Source: an uncultured Planctomycetaceae bacterium
GTDB lineage: Bacteria; Planctomycetota; Planctomycetia; Isosphaerales; Isosphaeraceae
NCBI GenBank assembly: GCA_963833985.1
Contig: CAWIAD010000001.1
Coordinates: 832,001-896,000 of the forward strand
Reading direction: 5' to 3'
Length of the DNA stretch: 64,000 bases
How positions within the stretch are numbered: position 1 is the first letter of the stretch; the number at the start of each line of letters is the position of its first letter. Of this stretch, positions 10,242-19,409 are shown one piece after another. Under the pieces are notes generated by a model. It had not been told where the DNA came from. It worked only from the letters and a program-made list of their open reading frames with translations, and made no database searches. A program made the position numbers and the translations under genes.

Positions 10242-10425
10242 TTAGGGGCAGGAGGCCAGGAAGCAGAGGAAGCACGGCCCGGTTCAAGTTGCGGAGAGAG
10301 ATGAGGAGCGGGAGGGAACCGCTCACTGCCATGCCAGGCAGGTTCAAGCGATGGGTGGCGGGTCGGGCATGTACGGTCGTTGATCGCAGGGAGCAATGAC
10401 TCGGGGGCAGAGGAGCACGCTCCAT

Positions 10426-10800
10426 TCACGCACGAGGTGGCTGCGAGTCCTCCTTGGCGGTCCCTCGGGTTGCGTCAGGATAGCGGCTTTCCAGGTCGTT
10501 CAGATAGCGGTTGATCTGGTAGAGGCTCTGCTTGTGAATTTGAGGAAAGCGCCTCTCAAACCAGTTCTCCACCTTGCCGAAGGCCTTCGGCCAGAGCACC
10601 AGGCCACCCGCGATGGCCGCCGGCGTGCCGACCACGCCAGGCAAGATGAAGCCCAGCACGCCCACGGTCATGAGCATCACGCCCACTTCCCTGGGTAAAT
10701 CCTTGATGCGACCGAGTTCCGCTTCTTCTTCCAGCGTGAGCTGCGGCCCCGCCTCGGCGTGCGAGGCGGAATCGGCCACAGGCGGAACCGGCTCGCCCAT
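10426..10800 (-). CDS. Small membrane protein with a glycine-zipper hairpin; N-terminus may extend to 10895 across a frameshift
   Basis: VGVMLMTVGVLGFILPGVVGTPAAIAGGLVLWP hydrophobic hairpin; GGAGG RBS before TTG at 10895; last gene of the ATPase operon. Confidence 0.7.
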   Translation of the reverse strand: MGEPVPPVADSASHAEAGPQLTLEEEAELGRIKDLPREVGVMLMTVGVLGFILPGVVGTPAAIAGGLVLWPKAFGKVENWFERRFPQIHKQSLYQINRYLNDLESRYPDATRGTAKEDSQPPRA

Positions 10801-10921
10801 GCCCGGCGCTGCGGCCGCGCCGCGCCCACATCATGACCGGGTGCTTGTGGCTCCTCTCTCTCGTCGACCGAACTGAGAACGGCTTCCGGAATCAAGATGC
10901 CCTCCGTTGTTGAACAGCAAG

Positions 10922-13419
10922 TCAGCCGGCGATGCGCGACTCCCGCCGCCTCGAGACCCGGGTGAGCTGCTTTTCGAGGCCCCTGACGGCGGCCGAGGTT
11001 CGTGCGTAGGTGCTATAGGTTCCGAGGTTGGTGATCACCACACTGGTGAGCGAGGAGAAGCCCATGAAAAACGCGCCGGCCACGCAGACGAGGTTGGGAA
11101 TCCAGGCCGAGCCCTGTGCCGCCAGCACGCGCCGGCGATGAATTTGCGAGACCTCGTCGAGCGTGCCGAGTCTGGACAGGTCGGGCTGGAGCAGCACGAT
11201 CCCCGCCGGGTTCCGTTCCAGGTTCTCCAGACCGGCTGGATCAATCGAGATCGCCACGTCGGCGGCACGGGCAGCCGGGCCGCGGCGCAGACATTCCCCC
11301 ACGTAAGCGACCTTGAGCCCACGGCGCTGACAGCCGCGGAAGAGCTGGACCAGATCCGGGGTTGCCAGGCTGCCGTGCTGGAAGTCCACACCCAGGCCGG
11401 CCGCGAGCTGTCGGAAGCGGGGCCCGTCCTGCTCGGAGACGAGACCGATGGCCAGGGGATGCCGCAGCTTCCCGCGGATTTCGCTGAGTGCGGTGGCGGC
11501 CGCCAGGCGCGGCGAGCGGCGGAAGTCGATCAGTCCCGCGATCTGTCCGTTGATGCCGACCATCAAGGAATCCAGCGGCCGGTCCTCGACCCGCCCGCGG
11601 GCCTCCGCGGCCTGCCCCGGGGCCGGTCCCTGGCCCCCCAGGTTGCCAACCTTGATCACCTGTTCGTTGTGCACGAGCGTCACGTCCGTGCCGTAGGTGG
11701 TCGGAATTCGGTCCAGCAGGGTGATCCGCCGGGCGCGGCAGGCCGCGTGCAGCGCTGCGGCCCGTTCGTCGTCCAGCTCGCGCAGGGCCGAGGCCGCGTA
11801 CCGCAGCACCTGGAACTCGGTCTGACCAGGGAAGACGCGCACCGACGAGACTTCGGGCTCGAAGATCTCGAGCGCGGCGTGGTGATCCAGGAACAGCACG
11901 TCGACCTTGGCCAGCCGACCGATGGCCTCCGGATCGCGGACCACGATTCCGTGCTGGAAGCAGAGCGAGAGCGCCTGGAGATTTTCCAGGGGGTAGGCCA
12001 GGCCGGGGCCAGACGCGTAGTCGGTATCAAGGATCGCCAGTGCCATCGGAGCACCGCCCAGGGTCAGTCCCAGGCCGGCGGCCGCCAACGTTGGCACCAC
12101 TGTCGGCGTGGCGAACTGCTCGCCCTTGACGGTCGGGGTGCGCAATCCCGGCGGGTGGTTCGCCGCGACGAGTGCGGTCCGCGCCAGCTGCGCGGCCCGA
12201 CTCTTCGCGCCCAGCCAGGCAGTCTCCACCTCGAAATCACCGCTGAGCACGATCGAGCCGGCGTAGACGGCCTCGTCGGGTCCCTTGCGGGTCATTCCCC
12301 GCGCGCCCCGGACCACGCGCTCGTCGAGGAGCCCGTACCCCTTGATGATCCGCCCGTCGACACAGACCTTCTCGCCGGCCGAAACCCGGATCACGTCGCC
12401 GGCAACGAGCCGCTCCGCGGGGACCTCGACCTCAACCCCTCCGGCAGCCTCGACCCGGGCATAGCGCTGGTGCTGCGTGACCTCGCCCAGGAGCCTCCTG
12501 CGGGCGCTGGCAAGCTGTTGCTGGTACTGCCGCTTCCACAGCCGCAGCATCCAGCTCATCGTCGCCCAGGGGAGAAACGTACCGGTCGCCAGGGTGCCCG
12601 CGGCGATGCTCGAGTAGATCACCGGCAGGCCAAGCTGGCCGCGGCCAACCTGGTTGGCCGCGATCCGGAAGACCCGCAGGTTCGCCCCGACCACCAGCGC
12701 CGCGGCCGCGGGCCAGACGGCCGGGACGAAGAAATCGCTGACGATGGACACGGCCACGGCCGTGTTCACCAGGCCAAACCGCACCGGTGAGCCCTCACCG
12801 CCGGGGCCGAGCTCGACCGGCAGCGACTCGGGCGCGGCCTCGAGGGCGCGCAACAGGCGGTCGGGCGCGTCTGCGACGGGTCGAAGCGGATCCGCAGCGT
12901 CCCGGAGAACGGACGCAGCACGCTGCTCTTGACCCCGTGTACCGATTCCAGTTGATGAGCGATCCGCTGCCCCAGAGCGGCGTCGGCCGTGACGGTCTCG
13001 TGCCGCAGGCAGAGGACACCAGGCTGCTCGCCGACGATCTCCCAGGTCGAGAGCATTCCGCGGTTGCGGTGGATTTTCAGCCTGGGCCTGCTGAGGTCGG
13101 AGGCCAGGAGCACCACGGCCTGACGGCCCGGCGCCGGCTCGGCGTTTCCCCGCAGCGCGAGGGCCAGGTGCTGGAGCAGATCCGCACGCTGCCGCCCCCC
13201 CTCGAAATGGATCAGTGCCGTCGCACAGGAACGGTCGATGTCGACGGTGTGCACCTCCTCCACGGAGAAGGCGCGCACCAGAAAGCGGCCGCACAGCTCG
13301 GCTCCTGCCGTGGAGATGCCGAACATCTCCTCGTCGCGCAGCCGGAGAGTCTGCGGGCCCCAGCTCACATGCACCGGGGAGGGTTTCAAGGCGGATCCGG
13401 AAGTCTTCACGTCCAACAC
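10922..13419 (-). CDS. Catalytically degenerate P1B-type ATPase paralog, split by one frameshift near 12870
   Basis: ORF 12766-13419 (two HMA-like domains) joins ORF 10922-13294; colinear with the 14564-17212 ATPase, but TGES reads RGAR, DKTGT reads DHHAA and GDGIND reads GECLRR. Confidence 0.8.
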
Positions 13420-13443
13420 ATCACGCTCCAGCCGAGCGATTGC

Positions 13444-13653
13444 TCATCGGCCCTGGCCCGTAGCCAGAAATGGCTTCAGCTCGCCGCTTTCGACCCACTG
13501 TTCCAGGACGGTGGCGATCTGGCTCTCCTCGCGGTCGAACACGTTGAAGATGGACCTGAGCTTGTGCCGCTGGCGATTCACCTCCAGCCCGAAATAGCAG
13601 AGGATCAGCGAGGCCACGAGAATCGGCAGAATGGGAATACCTTCTTCATTCAC
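13444..13653 (-). CDS. Small single-TM hypothetical protein (69 aa)
   Basis: IPILPILVASLILCYFG TM followed by an amphipathic helix; GAGG RBS; packed within the operon. Confidence 0.7.
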   Translation of the reverse strand: MNEEGIPILPILVASLILCYFGLEVNRQRHKLRSIFNVFDREESQIATVLEQWVESGELKPFLATGQGR

Positions 13654-13687
13654 TGGTCTGACCTCACAGAAATCCCAGGAAAGCCAA

Positions 13688-14219
13688 TCAGAGTAATTCC
13701 AGCGATGCTTCGGACGCCTCCCGGAGCAATTTCACCATGTTTCCCAGCCCTTCCCGGTGCAGCTCACGCTCGACCTCGCACGACAGGCATTCCGCCGTCC
13801 GGTGCGTGGCCACGAACTTGAGGAACTCCTGCAACTTCACCAGGGCCTGCTCGGGATTCTTGATGATGCCCAGGTTCAGGCGGAAGCCGTGATAGTTGGC
13901 CTTCTCCCTGGGCGGCTTGCTGAGGGGGCGGTAGATATCATAGACGAGGATCATGGGATCGCGGCCGATGTGCTCGGGCGCGCTTCAGCACGTTGATCGA
14001 CTGCTCCCGGCTGAGGATGTAAACCGGGTCCTGGGGATGATAATGGTGGAACAGGGGCATGTGTTCATGAAGCACCTTCGAGACCGGCCCGTTCCAACCC
14101 GTATCCACCAGGAAGATATGAAACCGCGGCGATTCCGGGGTGAGCGGCTCCTCGCGGCTCCTGGGACGGAGCTTGAACCGTGACTCCTTCGTCGACTCAT
14201 TACCCGATCGCTCAGTCAT
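13688..14219 (-). CDS. Soluble hypothetical protein, frameshifted near 13980
   Basis: ORF 13938-14219 (FHIFLVDTGWN...) joins ORF 13688-13954 via ...VLKRA/EHIGRDPMILVYD. Confidence 0.7.
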
Positions 14220-14277
14220 GGTTGAAGCTCCGGCAGAAAAGAGAGCAACGCGCGATCGGTCAGGGGAGACAGGCGGC

Positions 14278-14589
14278 TCACAGGTTCAGGTCGTTGGCGA
14301 TACTGTCAATGAACTGCACGGCCACCTTGCGGTTCTCGTTCGTGGCCAGCACCTTGGCGGCCAGGGAGAGCTCGGCGTCTACCCGCATCGTCTCCTTGGT
14401 GAACTGGACGATGAACGACAGCCATCTCGTCTTGATTGTCATCTCGGGCTTGGCCGGGTTTTCCAGCAGCTCGGACGGGACCGGAATCTCGTGCTTGCGG
14501 CGCTGGTACTCGGAGCGTATGGCCTCCATGGTGGGACTGTCCACGGGGCGCTTGAGCGGCCGCTCATACAGCTTTTCTCGCCAGGCCAT
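14278..14589 (-). CDS. Hypothetical protein (103 aa) overlapping the ATPase 3' end
   Basis: Typical codon usage, GAGG RBS, operonic position. Confidence 0.7.
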   Translation of the reverse strand: MAWREKLYERPLKRPVDSPTMEAIRSEYQRRKHEIPVPSELLENPAKPEMTIKTRWLSFIVQFTKETMRVDAELSLAAKVLATNENRKVAVQFIDSIANDLNL

Positions 14590-17212
14590 AAGCTTGCCTC
14601 ATCTCCTGTTCGTGCTTCTTCTCCGCCTCGATCTGGGCAATCTTCCGGAGCGGCATCATGCCGTTGGCCAGGGCGCCAATCGCCGAGACGTTGTTGGTGA
14701 TCACCGAGGCCATGATCCCGAAACCCATTGTAAAGACGCCCGCGATGCAGGCAATGTTCGGTATCAGGATCATGGTCCAGCTGCGCTTCACGTTGTGGTC
14801 AAGGTCCTTCGCGATGTCACGCAAATCGCAGAGCTTGGACAGGCCCTGCTCCATGAACACGATATGGGCCGTGTCCGTCGCGATCGAGGAGGCCCCGCGC
14901 AGCGAGATCGACACGTTCGCCTTCTTGAGGGCGATGGAATCGTTGATCCCGTCGCCCACGAAGCAGACCTTCTTGCCCTCTTTCTGCAATTTCGCCACGT
15001 AGTCGGCCTTGTCCGCCGGCAGAACCTGGGCGAAGTACCGGTCCATCCCCAGCGTCTCGGCCAGCTTGCGCATGGGCGCCTCGTGGTCGCCGGAAATGAT
15101 TGCCAGGTGCTTGATGCCCCGCGCCCTCAGCCCAGCGACGATGTCGCGAACTTCCGGCCGGACCGCCGCGTGCAGCTCGATCGCCCCGCCGACCTCGCCG
15201 TCCACGCCCACCAGCACCATCGTGTGGCCCTCACCGTGCGCCTCCTCCAGCGCCTGGCGAATCTCGGTGCACATCGGCAGACCTTCCAGCTCCATGAACC
15301 GCTTGCTACCGACGCGAATCATCCGTCCATGAACGTGCACGGTGATCCCGTAGCCAACCTTGTACTGCGTGTCGTCGGTGGGAGGAAGCTCGAAACCCAG
15401 ATCCTTGGCTTTCTGAAGGATGGCCAGGGCGATGGGATGGTGGAACTTCTTCTCGGCCGCGGCCGCGTACAGCAGGATCTCGTCGGCAGTCTGCCCCGGG
15501 GCGGCGATCACGCGGCCGACCTCGGGACGTTCCCGCGTGAGCGTGCCCGTCTTGTCGAAGAGGACCGTATCCACCTCGTTCATCAGTTCCAGGGCCCGGC
15601 CGTCCTTCACCAGTATTCCCTTGGTGGCGCACAGGGCCAGCGAGCTGAGCATCGCCAGCGGGGCGGCCATGCGGATGCCGGTCCCGAAATCGCTGTTCAG
15701 TACGGCCACTGCGCCGAAGGGGCCCATCGTGGCCATGCCCACCGCGCCGATGGTCAACGTCGGGATCACCGCCTTGTCGGCGAGGATCTCCCCCTTATGC
15801 TGCGAGCTGAGCTTGTAGCCGGCCGTGTCATTGAGAATCTGGCTGATCTTGGCCGACGCCGTCTCGCTGCCGGATTTCTCCACGGACACGAGAATCTTGC
15901 CAGCCACCAGCAGCGTCGACGCGAACACCCGGTCGCCCACGCCCTTCTCGGCCGGCGTCGATTCGCCGGTCAGTGCGTGCTGGTCGATCATCGCCAGCCC
16001 CTCGGCGATGATGCCGTCCACCGCGACCACCTCGCCGGTGTTCACCACGATGATGTCTCCGGCCGCCAACCGGTCCAGCGACACCTGCACCTCGACGCCG
16101 TCGCGATAGAGCCAGACGAACCGCGGCTGCTTGCCGAACGCATTCAGGAGCAGCTTCTTGGAGTTATCCTGCGTCTTCTTCACCAGCACCCGGCCGAAGC
16201 TCAGGCACCAGCAGAGCACGGCACCCGGGAAGATGGACAGCGTGGCCAGGCAGCCAACGACCACGATGGCATCGAGCACGTCCACGCCCAGCCGCTTGTC
16301 GACGGTGAGCACCTCGCGGGCGTTCTTGAACGTGGGGATGGACGTGTAGGCGAAGAGTCCGGCAGCCACCGGCAAGAGCCCTGGCGCGGCGAACTGGGCC
16401 ACGGCGGCCACCGGAATCGAGATCGTGCAGAGCGGCAGATGCAGGTCAGGACGGTCCTTGTGGGCAGGATGCTCGGCCGCGGCGAGGGCGGCCTCGATGA
16501 TCTCGATGATCTGGTCCCGCGTCAGCTCCTTGATGTCATATTGCACCAGCACCGTGGAGGTGAGCGGATTGGTCTTGTAGGAATCAATCCCCAGCACGCT
16601 CATGAGCTCGCGCTCGATGGCCTGGCAGAGATCGGACTTGCGGTGGATCAGCGGGTTCTTGATGCGGAGCCGGCCGGGGATGTCCTGCTTGATTTCCCAG
16701 TTCGTGATCGACGAGCCATAGCGGAAGAAGCGGATCTGGCCCTGCTCGTTGCGGATCGGCGTGACCCGGCTGATCGCCACGCCGTGCGGCGCTCCGTTCG
16801 GGGACGCGGGGGGGGTTCCCGGTCGAGACGGCAGGGCAGCCTCCGGTTCGGTCCGGCTCTCGTTCGGTGCCGTGGCCGCATGTTGTTCCGGGGTGGAAAC
16901 CGCCGTTGCATCCGCAACCGTGTGGACAACCTGGCCGGCCCCCTGCGGTTCACGGGCCCGGTCCGGGTCCAGGCAGGTGGTGATCCGCTGTACGACGTCG
17001 TCCAGTGTGAAGGATCGGGGACAGAAGCGCAGCTCCGCGTGGGGCATCTCCCCGTTCTTGCGATGTGAATTGATCGTGACGTCGGTGATCTCCGGCGCCT
17101 GGAAGACGCGCTCCAGGAACTGCCGGCAGGTCTCGTTGCCCGGCTCGGCGAAGAGGTGCCGGCTCTCGAGGCGAATCTGACCCTGGCCGGGGAAGCTGAT
17201 CGCGATGTCCAT
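14564..17212 (-). CDS. Heavy-metal-type P1B ATPase without a CPx motif (FezB-like), with two Cys-pair-free HMA-like N-terminal domains
   Basis: TGES, DKTGTLT, HP, SGD and GDGIND intact; TM motif NSDFGTGIRMAAP; N-terminal FPGQGQIRL and IPGRLRI domains. Confidence 0.92.
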   Translation of the reverse strand: MDIAISFPGQGQIRLESRHLFAEPGNETCRQFLERVFQAPEITDVTINSHRKNGEMPHAELRFCPRSFTLDDVVQRITTCLDPDRAREPQGAGQVVHTVADATAVSTPEQHAATAPNESRTEPEAALPSRPGTPPASPNGAPHGVAISRVTPIRNEQGQIRFFRYGSSITNWEIKQDIPGRLRIKNPLIHRKSDLCQAIERELMSVLGIDSYKTNPLTSTVLVQYDIKELTRDQIIEIIEAALAAAEHPAHKDRPDLHLPLCTISIPVAAVAQFAAPGLLPVAAGLFAYTSIPTFKNAREVLTVDKRLGVDVLDAIVVVGCLATLSIFPGAVLCWCLSFGRVLVKKTQDNSKKLLLNAFGKQPRFVWLYRDGVEVQVSLDRLAAGDIIVVNTGEVVAVDGIIAEGLAMIDQHALTGESTPAEKGVGDRVFASTLLVAGKILVSVEKSGSETASAKISQILNDTAGYKLSSQHKGEILADKAVIPTLTIGAVGMATMGPFGAVAVLNSDFGTGIRMAAPLAMLSSLALCATKGILVKDGRALELMNEVDTVLFDKTGTLTRERPEVGRVIAAPGQTADEILLYAAAAEKKFHHPIALAILQKAKDLGFELPPTDDTQYKVGYGITVHVHGRMIRVGSKRFMELEGLPMCTEIRQALEEAHGEGHTMVLVGVDGEVGGAIELHAAVRPEVRDIVAGLRARGIKHLAIISGDHEAPMRKLAETLGMDRYFAQVLPADKADYVAKLQKEGKKVCFVGDGINDSIALKKANVSISLRGASSIATDTAHIVFMEQGLSKLCDLRDIAKDLDHNVKRSWTMILIPNIACIAGVFTMGFGIMASVITNNVSAIGALANGMMPLRKIAQIEAEKKHEQEMRQAYGLARKAV

Positions 17213-17454
17213 GAATGCCCCTGATGACTGTTCGAGCCGTTCGGGTATGCCCCGTCGTCCTTGCCGTCAGTACCGCCTGCCGCGCCGGCAGGCGCACGGG
17301 AATCTCCGCGCGCGGTGATCGAACTGGAACCGCTCCTGTCCAGATGTCGGTCGTTGCCGGACCCCGGCTTGACTTGCCTTCACAGGAAGAAATCGATTGC
17401 AGGTTGGTCGTGTCGCAAGAAAGTGGTGGAGAGCTGTGGCCCCCCGGGATGGGT

Positions 17455-17733
17455 CTAGGTCGCGGTCGTGGCCTCGGCAGTACCGCTGGGCGTTGTGGCC
17501 CCGGCGCCGGATTGTTTCATCTCCGCCATCGCGTCCTGAACGGCTTCCACCTTCTCCGCCACCTTTTTCGCCATCTCGGAGTACGATTCGCCGAACGCCG
17601 CGCCGGCCCCGGCGAGCGCCCCGGAGAGCAGGGGCGCGAATTTTTCCTTCATGGCCGGGTAATTCGCACCCGCCACGGCACCGATGACGAGGCCGGCGGT
17701 GAAGAACATGGCTTCAGATCGAGTCATGGGCAT
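17455..17733 (-). CDS. Small GxxxG membrane protein, FezA/DUF5132-like
   Basis: FTAGLVIGAVAGA...PLLSGALAGAGAAFG...VAEKVEAVQDAMAEMK; immediately upstream of the P1B ATPase. Confidence 0.65.
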   Translation of the reverse strand: MPMTRSEAMFFTAGLVIGAVAGANYPAMKEKFAPLLSGALAGAGAAFGESYSEMAKKVAEKVEAVQDAMAEMKQSGAGATTPSGTAEATTAT

Positions 17734-17851
17734 CAGGGTCTGACTCCGGCGCGTGAGATCCAATCGGTTTTCAGGTGAGCGCGTCTCTCAACAGTATCCG
17801 AGATCAGGCGCGACTCGTCGAGAGAATCGCCAACCGGGTATGGCTCGCCGC

Positions 17852-18214
17852 TCACGACTGGGCAATGGCCGGCGTTGCTTCGGCGGAGCCGCCTTCAAGC
17901 TTTCGTTTCTTCATCTCGTCCACCATGTCCACAGCGGCATTGGCCCCGTCAATCAGCCCGTGGACAATCGGATTGTTCTTGGGCACGGACCGAGCCACCA
18001 GTATGGACGGGAAGACCACTCCGTAGGAAATCGTATAGCACGTCGTGTATACGAACCGCGAAACGAACTGGTTCACCGCCGGCAAGGCCTGGTCCACTCT
18101 CTGCCGGGCGTCGGCTGCCCCATCCCTGGCCGCCTGCACGGCCTGCTCCATGGCATCGGCCACCGTTTTCAGTGGGTCGCTCGCATGGGTCCCCACCGTG
18201 GAATTGTCACTCAT
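17852..18214 (-). CDS. YxISYGVVFP-motif small protein, paralog 1 (first gene of the ATPase operon)
   Basis: VYTTCYTISYGVVFPSILVARSVPKNNPIVHGLIDGA; paralogs at 20648 and 26350. Confidence 0.8.
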   Translation of the reverse strand: MSDNSTVGTHASDPLKTVADAMEQAVQAARDGAADARQRVDQALPAVNQFVSRFVYTTCYTISYGVVFPSILVARSVPKNNPIVHGLIDGANAAVDMVDEMKKRKLEGGSAEATPAIAQS

Positions 18215-18289
18215 GGCTTCTTGCTCCGGATTGAAAGGGGAGATCGAGCGTGCTCACATGGCATGTCGAGTGGCAATCTGTCAACTAAA

Positions 18290-18305
18290 AGCAAATCGTA
18301 TGCCC
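18290..18305 (-). promoter_or_regulatory. Putative sigma-54 (-24/-12) promoter of the ATPase operon
   Basis: Minus strand GGGCAT-ACGAT-TTGCT (GG-N10-GC), ~75 bp upstream of the ATG at 18214. Confidence 0.55.
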
Positions 18306-18689
18306 TCGCTGCCCCTATACTCAAGTGCGCCTGCCAATCGTTGCACGCGGCTTCGTTTCGCGTACTCTGATCGGCAAAACAACACGCGGAAAAGAGAAAC
18401 TGCAAAAAAAGGATAAACTACGCGGTTTATGAGGTCAAGTCGTATTCTTGCCAGTCTCCTCAACGCAAATCCGTTCTTGCCAATGATTTCAGCAATCCCT
18501 TCCGGACCGTGATCAGAGCTTCGGCAGGCTCGGAGGTTGAGTATCGATACTGTGACCGCAGTGCTCACGCTGCCCGGATATCCTTCGTTCCCTCCACAGA
18601 GTCGTATCGAAAAAACGGGTCCTATCCAGGCATGGAGCTGGGAATGTCATTCCTGCATCGTGTGGGCGGCCTATTCGGCCGCCGATCGT

Positions 18690-19358
18690 TCAATGCCCCG
18701 TCTGGGACATGGGTGCATCGAGCGGCTTGGACTGGGGCGACCCATCCTGCCTCAAGAAGATAGATAGCACAACCATCGCCCCCAGCGCCAGGAACTCGCT
18801 CTGGTAGTTCTGCAACGACTGGAACCAGAAGGTTGAAGTCGTGAGGAAGCCCACGAACGAAACGGCCGCCTCGCCGTGCTGGACCTGCTCGACGTTGTAC
18901 TCGAGCCGGCCCCCGACCGCATGGGCGAGGAACGACATGATGAAGAGTGCGAAGAAGGCGATGGACAGAGAGTGCGCATAGACCGCCCGCACCCAACCCC
19001 CTTGGCGGGCCGGCCAGGGCGCATCGGGTCCGCTCGACCGTGCCTGCCCCCCACTGCCCGAGGAACCATCAAGCTTCTTGGAAACGGCCGAACCCTTCTG
19101 AAACAGGAATGCGGCGAACAGGACATTGCAGCCCATCTGCAAGAACTCGCTCTCCCAGTTCTCGAAAATGGCTTCGATGTTCTGGCCGCAAACGAGGTAA
19201 TCCAGGTAACTCAGAGGCGAGAGCCCAAGCTGTGTGCGCTGCTGGTTGTAGGTGGCCTGCCCCACGATCGTCTGACCGACCAGAAAAACCGCGAAGAGTG
19301 CAAACAGAGTGATCGACAGGCCATTCTCCCGGAGAATTCGCATCATGAGACTGCTCAC
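18690..19358 (-). CDS. DUF6766-like membrane protein
   Basis: ENGLSITLFALF, IFENWESEFLQM, FWFQSLQNYQSEFL, LRQDGSPQSKP; internal duplication. Confidence 0.75.
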   Translation of the reverse strand: MSSLMMRILRENGLSITLFALFAVFLVGQTIVGQATYNQQRTQLGLSPLSYLDYLVCGQNIEAIFENWESEFLQMGCNVLFAAFLFQKGSAVSKKLDGSSGSGGQARSSGPDAPWPARQGGWVRAVYAHSLSIAFFALFIMSFLAHAVGGRLEYNVEQVQHGEAAVSFVGFLTTSTFWFQSLQNYQSEFLALGAMVVLSIFLRQDGSPQSKPLDAPMSQTGH

Positions 19359-19409
19359 GATGAACCAGGTGTCATGCCGCGAAACAGCCCGCGCTCTCCG
19401 TGCGACCGC

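Noticed and set aside
14180..17068. Long antisense ORFs (962 aa here; also 10907-12790, 54802-57657 and 42080-43660)
   Set aside because: Shadow frames opposite well-supported genes in high-GC DNA, with no motifs
17215..18690. Fur box controlling the fez-like operon
   Set aside because: No GATAATGATAATCATTATC-like sequence seen in the intergenic regions
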